Below are positions 21,000 through 31,678 of a stretch of 64,000 bases of DNA, piece by piece (position 1 is the first letter of the stretch; each line of letters begins with the position of its first letter). The DNA comes from an uncultured Gammaproteobacteria bacterium (GTDB lineage: Bacteria; Pseudomonadota; Gammaproteobacteria; JABCZS01). The notes under the pieces were generated by a model, which searched no databases, was not told the DNA's origin, and saw nothing but the letters and a program-made list of their open reading frames with translations. The stretch is from assembly GCA_963848305.1 (NCBI GenBank), contig CAWKDC010000001.1, forward strand, positions 1,376,001 to 1,440,000, written 5' to 3'. A program made the position numbers and the translations under genes.

Positions 21000-21811
21000 T
21001 GTTTGGTTACCGTCACGCGTATCATGCAGGCAATCATGCAGATGTGTTAAAACACATGGTCGAGGTTGCGTGCTTGCGCGCACTCACGCAAAAAGATAAA
21101 CCACTTTTTTATTTGGATACACATGCCGGTGCGGGGATGTATGATTTGAAGAGTGTTGAGGCGCAAAAAAATGCAGAATTCAAAGACGGCATTGGTCGAG
21201 TATGGAACGCGAATGATCCGCCTGATATTGTGCAACATTATCTGGATTGTATTCGATCTTTTCAGCCGGGAAAGACATTGGAAGTATATCCAGGCTCGCC
21301 TGCGATTGCTGCTGCATTATTGCGCCCCACCGATCGTTTAACGTGCAATGAATGGCATTCCACAGATATTGAATATTTAAAATCGTATTTTGCGCGCGAT
21401 AAACGTACACATTGCGTGCACGGAGACGGGCTTATCAGTTTAAAAGCGTTGCTGCCCCCGAAAGAACGCCGCGCACTCATCGTGATTGATCCGTCGTATG
21501 AAGTAAAAGAAGATTATGTGACGATTCCAGACGCATTGATTGCCGCTTACCGAAAATTTTCAACCGGTGTGTATTTATTGTGGTATCCAGTTGTGTTTCA
21601 AGACAAAGTGCAAGGCATGTTGCGTCGTCTTGAAAAGGCCATTCCTGGTTCTTTAAATGTGACATTATCGCCCTCGGCTCCCGCATCTGACGGCCGTGGT
21701 ATGCAAGGCTCGGGCGTGTTTGTGGTCAATCCTCCCTGGACGCTCGAGCCGGCACTTAAAGAAGCCATGCCGTGGTTGTTAAAAATATTAGCGGACGGGG
21801 GTATTCCATGA
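20999..21811 (+). CDS. rlmJ: 23S rRNA (adenine-2030-N6)-methyltransferase
   Basis: YRHAYHAGNHADVLKH, YLDTHAGAG, YPGSP, IDPSYE. Confidence 0.95.
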   Translation: MFGYRHAYHAGNHADVLKHMVEVACLRALTQKDKPLFYLDTHAGAGMYDLKSVEAQKNAEFKDGIGRVWNANDPPDIVQHYLDCIRSFQPGKTLEVYPGSPAIAAALLRPTDRLTCNEWHSTDIEYLKSYFARDKRTHCVHGDGLISLKALLPPKERRALIVIDPSYEVKEDYVTIPDALIAAYRKFSTGVYLLWYPVVFQDKVQGMLRRLEKAIPGSLNVTLSPSAPASDGRGMQGSGVFVVNPPWTLEPALKEAMPWLLKILADGGIP

Positions 21812-22026
21812 TGCTGTGAGATAAGCTGGAGAACAGTAACATCTTGATTTTTATGGAAGTTATAAAGTTTCAGATGCGGCAAACATTTCTTTATTAGCCA
21901 GAGGTTGTTCAGACATTTCATGGATTGTCTGGATTTACGCCATTTGAGTTTTATAGAAATGAATTGAAGGATTCACCTGACGAGGTTAACCTTGAATGAT
22001 GGGAAAAAGTCATATATACTGCAAGC

Positions 22027-22197
22027 ATGAGACAAAAACCTTTATCTAAATCTAATCCCTATATGCGCGATGCTACTGAGCGTAGCCGTCGCCTCAGGCA
22101 ACAAGTGATTGATTCGAGCGCTGTGGAAGGCATTGATCCTCATCGTCTTGACAAGGTGCTTCCGCAGGTACCAGAAAACATTAAAAATCATCATTGA
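22027..22197 (+). CDS. Small (56 aa) VbhA/FicA-like antitoxin, not in the supplied ORF track
   Basis: MRQKPLSKSNPYMRDATERSRRLRQQVIDSSAVEGIDP...; SSAVEG matches the (S/T)xxxE(G/N) Fic-inhibition motif; abuts a Fic gene. Confidence 0.7.
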   Translation: MRQKPLSKSNPYMRDATERSRRLRQQVIDSSAVEGIDPHRLDKVLPQVPENIKNHH

Positions 22198-22633
22198 GCA
22201 TTTTTTCAAATAATTCAATCATTGGTATATAATCTTCCATAACGCCACGTTGAATAGCGTGGAAATAGGCTTCCCGTCCATTTTTTTCAGAAATCAATTT
22301 GTAATTAATAACGTTCCTTAACGTTGGAATAAGATGCGCGGCAGCAAAAAGAAAGCCGTCCTTTGACATATTGACTGTTCTATATGTTCCAGCAAATTCA
22401 TAAATTTCACCAAGCCATTCTTTATGTAGTATGCAAATATCTTGCGCAGTCAATATGTCGTTTGCATGAAAGCGGTTAACACACTGTTCCTGGACACGTT
22501 GAAGCGCAATAGACTCAGCATCTTCAATTTCTGATACTGCTTTGATCCCTAATTTGTTGAACAAAACGGTGTCATTTGATCCTGGTTCAAAGCCTTCTTT
22601 GGTGTGTGTTTTGTATCGCAGACTTTTCTCCAT
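22181..22633 (-). pseudogene. Fic-family (FicT-like) gene with in-frame internal deletion removing the catalytic motif
   Basis: N-terminal FEPGSN..VL.NKLGI, IYEFAGTYRTVNMSK and C-terminal YFHAIQRG..DY.PM present; no HPFxxGNGR; only 150 aa. Confidence 0.75.
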
Positions 22634-22664
22634 TTAAAATCTCCCTTTTGCGAAGAGTAGCATA

Positions 22665-23279
22665 TTATGCCAGTACTCGCTCAATCCCTAACCAATAATC
22701 CAGCTGCGCCACGAGCTCATCGAGGCCAATTTTATTCAGCGTTGAAAAGAGTTGGGCTGCGCATAAATTCGGATCAATTTCTTTTTCAACCTGGAGCAAT
22801 GCTTTTTTGGAGGCACTGTAGCTGAGCTTGTCGGCTTTCGAGAGTAAAATGCGTACGGGCATTTGAATTTCTTGACACCAATTCAATAAATAGACATCAC
22901 CGGGCTGAAGCGGATGGCGAATGTCCATTAACAAGACCAATCCTTTTAATGATTGACGTGTGTGTAAATATGCATCAATCAACGTTTGCCATTTGGCCTG
23001 CGCCGATTTTGAGGCTTTCGCAAAACCGTAACCGGGCAAATCGACCAAATGACGTGAGGGATCGAGCGTGAAAAAATTGATGAGTTGTGTGCGTCCAGGC
23101 GTGTTCGATACCCGCGCCAATTGTTTTTGGCCGCAGAGCCAATTCAATGCACTGGATTTACCTGCGTTGGAGCGGCCAATGAAGGCGACTTCAGCCCCTT
23201 CGTCTGGGATTAAATCGCTGAGGGCAGCGGCGCTCTTTAAAAAAGAGGCTTGATGATAGGGTGGAATACTCATAGCCAA
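22665..23279 (-). CDS. yihA: Ribosome biogenesis GTPase YihA/EngB
   Basis: GRSNAGKSS, TPGRTQLINFF, DLPGYG, DIRH, SKADK. Confidence 0.96.
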   Translation of the reverse strand: MAMSIPPYHQASFLKSAAALSDLIPDEGAEVAFIGRSNAGKSSALNWLCGQKQLARVSNTPGRTQLINFFTLDPSRHLVDLPGYGFAKASKSAQAKWQTLIDAYLHTRQSLKGLVLLMDIRHPLQPGDVYLLNWCQEIQMPVRILLSKADKLSYSASKKALLQVEKEIDPNLCAAQLFSTLNKIGLDELVAQLDYWLGIERVLA

Positions 23280-23354
23280 AATTATCCAAAATAAGGTACA
23301 ATCGGCGAGTTTACAGTAACGAGCTTGCTCATGGCAAGATATTTGGAGGATAAG

Positions 23355-23981
23355 TTGACTTACTTTCGTTCATTTTTCATCACCATCTCTGTCGCATTCG
23401 CCGTGTCTGCGTTTGCAGTCGACATGCCTGTGGGTGATGCAACACGGGGGCAAACCCTCACGCAAACATGTGTTGCCTGTCATGGCGCAGATGGCAAAGC
23501 TGTGATGCCCATTTATCCCAATCTTGCAGGCCAGGGGCAGGCCTATTTATACCAATCATTGAGTGCGTTTAAAGAAGGCACCAGTGGTCCGCGCAATAAC
23601 AGCATCATGGCTGGCATGGTCGCCATGCTGACCGAACAAGACATGGCCGATTTGGCTGCCTACTACAGCGCACAGCCTGCCACTCATGGTGAAGCCGATT
23701 CTGCCTTGGTGGAACGTGGCCGTCGGATTTATGTGGGCGGCATTTTTGAGGACAAGGTACCTGCATGCTCGGGTTGCCATGGGCCGAAAGGGGAAGGGCA
23801 GCCCGCCGCTGGTTTCCCAGCCTTGTCTGGCCAAAATGCTGACTATCTGGTACAACAACTGGAAGCGTTTCGTGAAGGTCAACGCGGGGGCGGTTATAAT
23901 GGCATGATGCATGGTGTTTCCCAAGGTATGACAACTGATGACATGAAGGCCGTTTCGAGTTACATTTCAGGTTTACATTAA
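23355..23981 (+). CDS. Di-heme cytochrome c4
   Basis: Signal peptide, two CxxCH motifs (CVACH, CSGCH), YPNLAGQ; conserved yihA-cytochrome c4-dsbA arrangement; GGAGG RBS before TTG 23355. Confidence 0.92.
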   Translation: MTYFRSFFITISVAFAVSAFAVDMPVGDATRGQTLTQTCVACHGADGKAVMPIYPNLAGQGQAYLYQSLSAFKEGTSGPRNNSIMAGMVAMLTEQDMADLAAYYSAQPATHGEADSALVERGRRIYVGGIFEDKVPACSGCHGPKGEGQPAAGFPALSGQNADYLVQQLEAFREGQRGGGYNGMMHGVSQGMTTDDMKAVSSYISGLH

Positions 23982-24003
23982 ATTTTGTTGAATAAGGAGA
24001 TTC

Positions 24004-24783
24004 ATGATGAAACAGATCGTTGTCATTTTCACTGTATGGTTGTTCATGCCACTCGTGTTTGCGCAGCAACAGAATGTGGCGAACATGCAAACGCAAGCGC
24101 TTGTTTACGTCGAGGGTAAACAATATAAACGGATTCAATCCACCCCGGAAGCTTTAGCGATGGAAGATCCTACCGCCAAAGCATTGCTTGACTCTGTTCC
24201 TAAAAATAAAGTGGCTGTGTGGCAATTCTTTAATTATGGATGTGCCGCATGCAATCGCATGGAGCCCGTCGTGGCGAAGTGGCATCAGGACAAGAAAGAA
24301 CAGAACCTGGTCGCGTTCACAGACATTCCTGTGGCCTGGTCAAAGCCTGAGTGGATGGAGTATGCCCGCGCTTTTTATATTGAGCAAGCACTCAGCCAAT
24401 CGAAAAATAAAAATTACAAAGATGTGATGCATGTCGGACATGAAAAAATATTTTCGGCACTTCATGTGGAAGGCAAGGATTTGTCCAAGCGTGAAAACAT
24501 GCAAGCTTTTTTCCATGCTGAATTGGGTGTGTTGCCGAAAGATTTTGATGCCACCTATAATTCATTCGATGTTCGTCGTCGCATGAAGCAAGCAGAGCTG
24601 ATGGCGAAAGCATACAATATTCGATCCTTGCCCACGTTTGTGGTAGCCGGCAAATATTATGTGGATGTGACCATGGCCGGCAGCATGGAACAATTGATCA
24701 ATGTCGTGAATTATTTGGTCAATAAAGAAACGTTCACGGCAGAAGAAGGTAAAATTGATTTTGGAGCCGTACCTTCTAAGTGA
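24004..24783 (+). CDS. dsbA: Thiol:disulfide interchange protein DsbA family
   Basis: Signal peptide, FFNYGCAAC thioredoxin motif, SLPTFVVAGKY cis-Pro loop. Confidence 0.85.
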   Translation: MMKQIVVIFTVWLFMPLVFAQQQNVANMQTQALVYVEGKQYKRIQSTPEALAMEDPTAKALLDSVPKNKVAVWQFFNYGCAACNRMEPVVAKWHQDKKEQNLVAFTDIPVAWSKPEWMEYARAFYIEQALSQSKNKNYKDVMHVGHEKIFSALHVEGKDLSKRENMQAFFHAELGVLPKDFDATYNSFDVRRRMKQAELMAKAYNIRSLPTFVVAGKYYVDVTMAGSMEQLINVVNYLVNKETFTAEEGKIDFGAVPSK

Positions 24784-24820
24784 GGATGGATATTTTTGCG
24801 AATCAGCCGTGAATCTCTCA

Positions 24821-24890
24821 GTGGCGCCTTTCGGGTTGGGTGATGCCGAACAGAGTTTGGCATCATATGACCCGAAATCAAGGCGCTACC
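24821..24890. repeat. Long nested stem-loop (GTAG REP-like on minus strand) between dsbA and the MFS gene
   Basis: Nested pairings gtggcgcctt/aaggcgctac, tcgggt/acccga, tgatgccgaac/gtttggcatca. Confidence 0.65.
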
Positions 24891-24916
24891 TTTGAACGAT
24901 ATAAATAGGGGGGGGC

Positions 24917-26107
24917 ATGAATACACGATATCTATTCGTCTTCACAGCCCTGCTTGCCACGCTTCCCTTTCTCGCGCTCGATGTCACACTGCCTATTTTT
25001 GTGACATTGCAATCTTTTTTCCATGTTTCTCAAGGGGATATTCAACAGACCGCCAGCGCCTATTTGCTGGGCATGGCACTGGGTCAAGTGGTGTGGGGGG
25101 CATTGTCTGATACGATGGGTCGTCGATCCATCCTGATCATCAGCCTCACCTTGTTCACGCTAGCCTCTCTGATGTGCATGTTTGTGCCCACGGTGAAATG
25201 GCTGTGGGCTGTGCGTTTCATTCAGGGGGCGGGAGTAAGTGCGCCAGCAGCACTGTGGCAAACAATATGGGTTGATCGTCTTGAATCCCGCCGACGTGAT
25301 CTTTACTTTGCTTGGATCTTCCCCATCACGGCACTGTCACCCATTATCATGCCCATAGTAGGCGCTGTGTTGTTGGAGGTTTGCGGTTTTCAAACAACGT
25401 ATCTATTCACGGCGGTGGTGGGTTTAGGGTTGTTGATCACCACCATTTATATGTTCAGAGAAACATTGTCTACCGCACGTCGCCACCCGTTATCCCTGAA
25501 AACCTACGCATTGCATGCGATTCAGTTGATGTCATGCCCCGTGTTCATGGGGAACATGGGCTTGATTTGTTTATCAAGTGCTTCATTTTTTGTATTTATA
25601 GCGGAATTCCCGTTTGCATTACATCAATTGAGGTTGTCTGAATCGATGATGGGACCTCTTTTAATCCCTCAAACCATCGTATTCATGGTCGCGGGGGTGT
25701 TGAGTGCTGCGATGTCGCGGCGTTTCGGAAAATCAAGATCACTTTGGTACGTAACCTGGCTCGCGATATTGGGCAGCTTGATATTATGGGCTGTCGTCGC
25801 ATTCACGCCTCTAACCAGCATTTGGCAGATCCTCATTCCATATGCCTTGACGGCTTTTTCCAATGGAGCCATATATCCACTCGCGTTTTCAGCCATTTTT
25901 GAAGCCCATGATGATAAAGCAGGAACAGCGGCGGGGTGGGTTGCCTTTTACATGGGGTTGATGGGGTTTGTGGGCGCCTTTTTGATGGGGGTATTTAACG
26001 AGGCCGGTGTGGTAGGGATGGCGCTCTTGATCCTTGTTTTTTATGGGCTTTGTCTGGGGGCATGGGCGCTAACTGCTTGCTTTATAGAAAGGCACGTTGC
26101 CGAATGA
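24917..26107 (+). CDS. Bcr/CflA-family MFS transporter (PunC/YdhC-like)
   Basis: About 12 TM segments; GQVVWGALSDTMGRR motif A; RFIQGAG; PQTI motif. Confidence 0.88.
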   Translation: MNTRYLFVFTALLATLPFLALDVTLPIFVTLQSFFHVSQGDIQQTASAYLLGMALGQVVWGALSDTMGRRSILIISLTLFTLASLMCMFVPTVKWLWAVRFIQGAGVSAPAALWQTIWVDRLESRRRDLYFAWIFPITALSPIIMPIVGAVLLEVCGFQTTYLFTAVVGLGLLITTIYMFRETLSTARRHPLSLKTYALHAIQLMSCPVFMGNMGLICLSSASFFVFIAEFPFALHQLRLSESMMGPLLIPQTIVFMVAGVLSAAMSRRFGKSRSLWYVTWLAILGSLILWAVVAFTPLTSIWQILIPYALTAFSNGAIYPLAFSAIFEAHDDKAGTAAGWVAFYMGLMGFVGAFLMGVFNEAGVVGMALLILVFYGLCLGAWALTACFIERHVAE

Positions 26108-26183
26108 TGGGGAATAAACCTTGCTATTGCCACGTTAATCTGTATATAATCTACCTATTCTGGCTTACAAAGAGAGTAAACTC

Positions 26184-27353
26184 ATGTTCTATGGCCTTCT
26201 CGATCTTCCTTGGTGGGGTTACCTGCTTTATACGGCGCTTTTCCTTCACGTGACGAACGTCTCCATCACATTATTCCTGCACCGGGCAATGGCGCACCGG
26301 GCCTTGGATCTGCATCCCGCTGTGATGCATGTCTGCCGTTTGGTCTTGTGGCTATCCACTGGCATGGTCACGAAGCAGTGGACGGCGATTCACCGCAAGC
26401 ATCATGCCAAGTGTGAAACCGAGGATGATCCTCACAGCCCGCAAGTCATGGGCTTGGGTACCGTGCTGTGCTACGGTTCTGAACTGTATCGCAAAGAAGC
26501 GCGCAATGCCGAAACCATGGAGCGTTATGGTCAAGGCACGCCGGACGACTGGATTGAGCGCAATGTCTACAGCAAGCACAGCGCCTTGGGTATTAAAATC
26601 ATGTTTTTCATCAACTTGGTGTTGTTGGGTGTGCCCGGCATTGCCGTGTGGTGCGTGCAAATGTTGTGGTCGCCTGTCGCGGCCGCTGGCATTGTGAACG
26701 GTATTGGCCACTTCTGGGGCTATCGTAACTTCGAATGCCCGGATGAAGCGCGTAATATTGTCCCGATAGGGATCATTCTGTGTGGTGAAGAGCTTCACAA
26801 CAATCATCATACCTTTGGTACGTCTGCGAAATTCTCAGTGAAACCTTGGGAATTTGATTTGGGTTGGATGTACATCACGTTGATGTCTAAAGTCGGCTTA
26901 GCCCGTCCTAAACGGGTGCCGCCCGCCTTGGTATATCATGCCGAAAAAACCACGATTGATGTGGACACGGTGAAAGCAATGTTCACCAACCGTTTCGCTG
27001 TGATGGCTGATTATGCCCGCGAAGTGATTGTGCCTGTGTTCGCACAAGCGCGTTCATCCAGCAAAGACACGGTACAATCTTTGTGTTCTCGTACCAAAGC
27101 CCTGTTGATCCGCGAAGAATGTTTGATCGACGCAGAAGGTAAAAAGCTGTTGGATCGTGTGCTTGAAAAGTACCACGAAATCCGCGTGGTCTACGACTTC
27201 AAAAAACGTTTGCACAGTTTGTGGGATCAAACCACTGCGACCCAAAAAGAGTTATTGGACGCTGTCCAAGCATGGGCGCATGAGGCTGAAGCGACTGGCA
27301 TTGCCGCGTTGCGTGAGTTTGCAAAGCGCTTACGAGGCGTTGCCGTATCTTAA
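26184..27353 (+). CDS. desA: Acyl-CoA (delta-9) fatty acid desaturase
   Basis: His boxes HRAMAH, HRKHH, GEELHNNHH. Confidence 0.92.
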   Translation: MFYGLLDLPWWGYLLYTALFLHVTNVSITLFLHRAMAHRALDLHPAVMHVCRLVLWLSTGMVTKQWTAIHRKHHAKCETEDDPHSPQVMGLGTVLCYGSELYRKEARNAETMERYGQGTPDDWIERNVYSKHSALGIKIMFFINLVLLGVPGIAVWCVQMLWSPVAAAGIVNGIGHFWGYRNFECPDEARNIVPIGIILCGEELHNNHHTFGTSAKFSVKPWEFDLGWMYITLMSKVGLARPKRVPPALVYHAEKTTIDVDTVKAMFTNRFAVMADYAREVIVPVFAQARSSSKDTVQSLCSRTKALLIREECLIDAEGKKLLDRVLEKYHEIRVVYDFKKRLHSLWDQTTATQKELLDAVQAWAHEAEATGIAALREFAKRLRGVAVS

Positions 27354-27388
27354 GCGGTGAAAGCAAGGGTGAAGATTGTCTTTAAAGG

Positions 27389-29385
27389 ATGATGATGTTT
27401 AATCATATTCAACGTGCCAATGCCATTCGCGCATTGAGCATGGATGCTGTTCAACAAGCCGATTCTGGGCATCCAGGGATGCCCATGGGCATGGCTGATA
27501 TTGCTGAAGTCTTGTGGCTTCAGTTTCTCAAACATAATCCTCGAAACCCCGCCTGGCCCGACCGCGACCGTTTTGTGTTGTCGAATGGCCACGGATCTAT
27601 GTTGCAATACAGTTTACTGCACCTGACAGGGTATGATCTCTCGATCGACGATTTGAAAGCTTTTCGGCAATTGCACAGCAGAACCCCTGGTCACCCTGAA
27701 TTTGGCCACACACCCGGGGTGGAAACGACCACAGGGCCGCTCGGCGCAGGCATCTGTAATGCGGTGGGTATGGCCATTGCTGAACGCCAATTGGCGGCGC
27801 GTTTTAATCGTCCCGGTTTCAAAATTGTCGATCACCATACTTATGTGTTCATGGGTGATGGTTGCATGATGGAAGGGTTGTCGCATGAAGCGGCATCGCT
27901 CGCCGGAACACAGGGCTTGAGTAAATTGATCGCCGTGTGGGATGACAATGGCATTTCGATTGATGGTGCCTGTGGCGCCTTGGTTCAGCGAGAACATTCC
28001 GTTACGGTTTGAATCTTACGGATGGCACGTGATCTCTGTTGACGGTCATGATCCTGCCGCACTCGAAAAAGCATTCATGGAAGCAAAATCGCAACAACAT
28101 AAACCTACCTTGATTTGTGCACGCACTGTCATCGGATTTGGTGCTCCCACCGTTGAGGGTACAGCCAAAACGCACGGTTCTGCATTAGGTGAAGCAGAAG
28201 TGGCACGCGCCCGCGAGCAGTTGAATTGGCATCATGTTCCATTCGATATTCCGAAAGAGATGTATGATGCGTGGAGTTGTGTGGACAGCGGTGCAAAAGC
28301 AGAAGCTGCCTGGGCAACAATGTTTGCCGCATATGGAGACGCTTATCCTGCGGATGCACAAGAGTTTCGCCGCGTCATCTCCGGCGAGTTGCCTCAAGGT
28401 TTTGACAAAACATTTGAGTCCTTCATTACCCAATGTCAAACAGAACAAAAAGCAATCGCCACGCGAAAATCCTCTCAACAATGTATTGAATTCATTACGC
28501 CTAAATTACCGGAATGCGTTGGCGGTTCAGCCGATCTATCTGTGAGCAATTTAACGATTGGCCCTGATACGCGTGATATCACGCCAGCCAACCCCGGCGG
28601 CAATTATATTGAATATGGTGTGCGTGAGTTTGGTATGGCATCGATTGCCAATGGGCTTGCGCTGCACGGCGGCATCATTCCTTTTTGCGCAACCTTTTTG
28701 GTATTCTCCGATTATGCGCGCAACGCGATCCGTTTGACCGCATTGATGCGTCAACGAGTGATTTATGTGTTCACTCATGATTCGATCGGCGTGGGAGAAG
28801 ATGGTCCCACGCATCAACCGATAGAACATTTGGCCAGTTTGCGTTTGATTCCTCAATTACAATTATGGCGTCCATGTGACAGCACAGAAACTGCTGTCGC
28901 TTGGCAACAAGGGTTGCATTATCACGGTACCTACCGTGCTTGCCTGCAGCCGACAAAATGTGACGCAACAATCCCGTACAGCAGCACAAGTTGTGGATAT
29001 TCAAAAGGGCGGTTATGTCCTTAAAGATCATATTGCGCCTTTGCAATTGGTGATTATCGCCACCGGCTCAGAAGTACAAATGGCTATTCAAGCTCAAACC
29101 GAATTGGAATCAGAGCAGATCGGTGTGCGTGTCATTTCCATGCCTTGTGTAGAACGGTTCAAAATGCAACCTATTGCTTATCAAAATGCTGTGTTGCCGC
29201 CAGACATTAAACGTGTCGCTGTTGAAGCGGGTGTTAAAGAAACATGGCTTCGCTTTACACCGTATGACGCAATTCTTGGGCTGGAAACATTTGGGTATTC
29301 TGCGCCCGGTGCTGATGTGTATCAAGCGATGGGTTTAACTCAGGCAAACTTATTGAAAATGTGTCATCAGATATTACAACATTGA
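27389..29385 (+). CDS. tkt: Transketolase (two apparent frameshifts near 27968 and 28929)
   Basis: [55 protein letters not shown] spread over three frames. Confidence 0.95.
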
Positions 29386-29394
29386 GGAGTCAGC

Positions 29395-30408
29395 ATGACG
29401 ATTCGCATTGCTATTAATGGATATGGACGGATTGGACGCAGTGTGTTACGTGCACTGTATGAAAGCAAGCAGCGTGATACCTTTGAAATTGTCGCTATCA
29501 ATAACACAGGCAATATTGAAGTGTTGGCGCATCTCACGCGTCACGATACTGTTCATGGCCTTTTTCCTGCGGATGTTAAAGTAGATGGACACCATCTTGT
29601 CGTGAATGGCGATCGCATTCCCGTTTTTGCAGATCGCGACGCAAGCAAATTGCCGTGGGCCGCACACAATGTTGATGTGGTGTTGGATTGCACAGGCCAT
29701 TACACAAGCCAAGAAAAAGCGTCCTCTCATTTGCATGCGGGTGCAAAAAAAGTATTGATTTCCTCACCAGCATCAGGCCCTGTTGATGCGACGATTGTGT
29801 ACGGCGTGAATCACCATACCTTAAAATCTTCTGATAAAATTGTGTCAAATGCTTCATGCACCACAAATTGTTTAGCACCGCTCGCAAAAGCGTTGCACGA
29901 AGGGCTTGGCATTGAGCAAGGCTTGATGACGACGATTCATGCTTATACAAATGATCAAGTATTGATTGATGCGTATCATTCAGACATGCATCGCGCACGC
30001 GCTGCCACGCACAGCATGATCCCCACCAAAACAGGCGCAGCGGCAGCGATCGGTTTAGTGTTGCCCGAACTAAAAGGCAAAATGGATGGCTTTGCGATGC
30101 GAGTCCCGGTGATTAACGTTTCTGTGGTTGATTTAACCTTTACTGCATCACGTCATACCAATGTGGATGAGGTGAATAATATTGTGACAAAAGCATCCGA
30201 GTCGGGTCCATTGAAAAATATATTGACGGTGAATCGCTTGCCCCTGGTATCGGTCGATTTCAATCACAATCCAGCTTCTTCCATTTTTGATGCCACACAA
30301 ACAAAAGTGATTGGCAATGTGGTCAAAGTTCTGGCATGGTATGATAACGAATGGGGTTTTTCAAACCGCATGTTAGACACGGCGAAGGCCATGATGGATG
30401 CTCAGTAA
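29395..30408 (+). CDS. gap: Type I glyceraldehyde-3-phosphate dehydrogenase
   Basis: [29 protein letters not shown]. Confidence 0.97.
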   Translation: MTIRIAINGYGRIGRSVLRALYESKQRDTFEIVAINNTGNIEVLAHLTRHDTVHGLFPADVKVDGHHLVVNGDRIPVFADRDASKLPWAAHNVDVVLDCTGHYTSQEKASSHLHAGAKKVLISSPASGPVDATIVYGVNHHTLKSSDKIVSNASCTTNCLAPLAKALHEGLGIEQGLMTTIHAYTNDQVLIDAYHSDMHRARAATHSMIPTKTGAAAAIGLVLPELKGKMDGFAMRVPVINVSVVDLTFTASRHTNVDEVNNIVTKASESGPLKNILTVNRLPLVSVDFNHNPASSIFDATQTKVIGNVVKVLAWYDNEWGFSNRMLDTAKAMMDAQ

Positions 30409-30420
30409 CAAGGAGATAAC

Positions 30421-31612
30421 ATGACGATGCTTTTCATGCGTGATGTCGATCTGTGTGGAAAACGTGTATTGATCCGCGCTGATTTTAATGTGCCCATGGA
30501 AAATGGTGATATTAGCAACGATGCTCGGATTCGTGCTACCTTGCCGACGATTCAAAAAGCCTTAGATGCGGGTGCGTGTGTGATGTTGATGTCCCATTTA
30601 GGGCGTCCAAAAGAAGGCGTGATAGATCCTGCTCTCTCATTAGCACCGATTGCGAAACGCCTTAGTGTATTGCTTGAGCAACCGGTGACCTTGCTGGTCG
30701 ATTGGAAAGAAGGTTTCGATTGCGACCCCGGCCGTATTTTTTTACTTGAAAATATTCGTTTTAATCTTGGTGAAAAATCCAATGATGATATCCTTGCACT
30801 GCAATTAGCTTCTCTGTGCGATGTGTTTGTGATGGATGCATTTGGCAGTGCGCACCGAGCGCATGCGTCGACGTGTGGTGTTGCGCGTTATGCGCCCATT
30901 GCCTGTGCCGGCCCCTTGGTTGAAGCTGAAATTCGGGCACTTTCCCGTGCGGTTGCACATGCCAAGAAACCAGTGGTTGCGATTGTCGGTGGCTCGAAAG
31001 TGTCTTCTAAAATTTCAGTGTTGAAACATTTGTGCGACATGGTGGATGTCTTGATCGTCGGTGGTGGTATTGCCAATACTTTTTTGGTCGCACAAGGTCA
31101 CACGGTTGGGCAATCGTTATATGAATTAGATTTTGTACCAGAAGCGAAAGCGGTGATCGCATTGTGTCAAGAGCGCGGTGTGGCGTTACCCTTGCCCATC
31201 GATGTGCGGGTGGGCGATCGCTTTTCGTCAGAAGCGGTGGCCAGTGTGCGTTCTGTGAATGCTGTGGGTGAGCATGAATTGATTTTGGATATTGGGCCTG
31301 AGACCATGAAAACATACTTGCCCTTCATCCAACAAGCGAATACAATTATTTGGAACGGCCGTGGGTGTGTTCGAGATGCCGCAATTTTCAGAAGGCACAC
31401 GTGAGATGGCGCAAGCAATTGCGAACAGTCATGCATTCACGTTGGCAGGTGGCGGAGATACGGTGGCCGCGATCGATCTTTTTGGTATTCAAGATAAAAT
31501 ATCTTACATCTCAACAGGCGGCGGTGCTTTCTTAGAGTTTTTAGAAGGTAAAATACTGCCCAGTTTACAGGTTTTGGAAGAGCGGTATGATGCATTGCCA
31601 CATACATTGTAG
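30421..31612 (+). CDS. pgk: Phosphoglycerate kinase (apparent frameshift near 31360)
   Basis: [28 protein letters not shown](P)VGVFE split across frames, [10 protein letters not shown]. Confidence 0.95.
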
Positions 31613-31646
31613 GGGCGGGTATTCCCGCCCGTGCGCCGTAGGCGCG
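31609..31646 (+). repeat. GTAG-type REP-like element at pgk 3' end
   Basis: gtaggggcgggtattcccgccc, 20 of 22 nt identical to the element at 14378-14399; followed by gcgcc-gta-ggcgc. Confidence 0.65.
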
Positions 31647-31678
31647 GGGTTTTAATTTTCTCACACAAGGGAATAAAC

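Noticed and set aside
21812-22026. Gene remnant between rlmJ and the small antitoxin
   Set aside because: Only short open stretches with no recognisable motif; cannot be supported without a database search.
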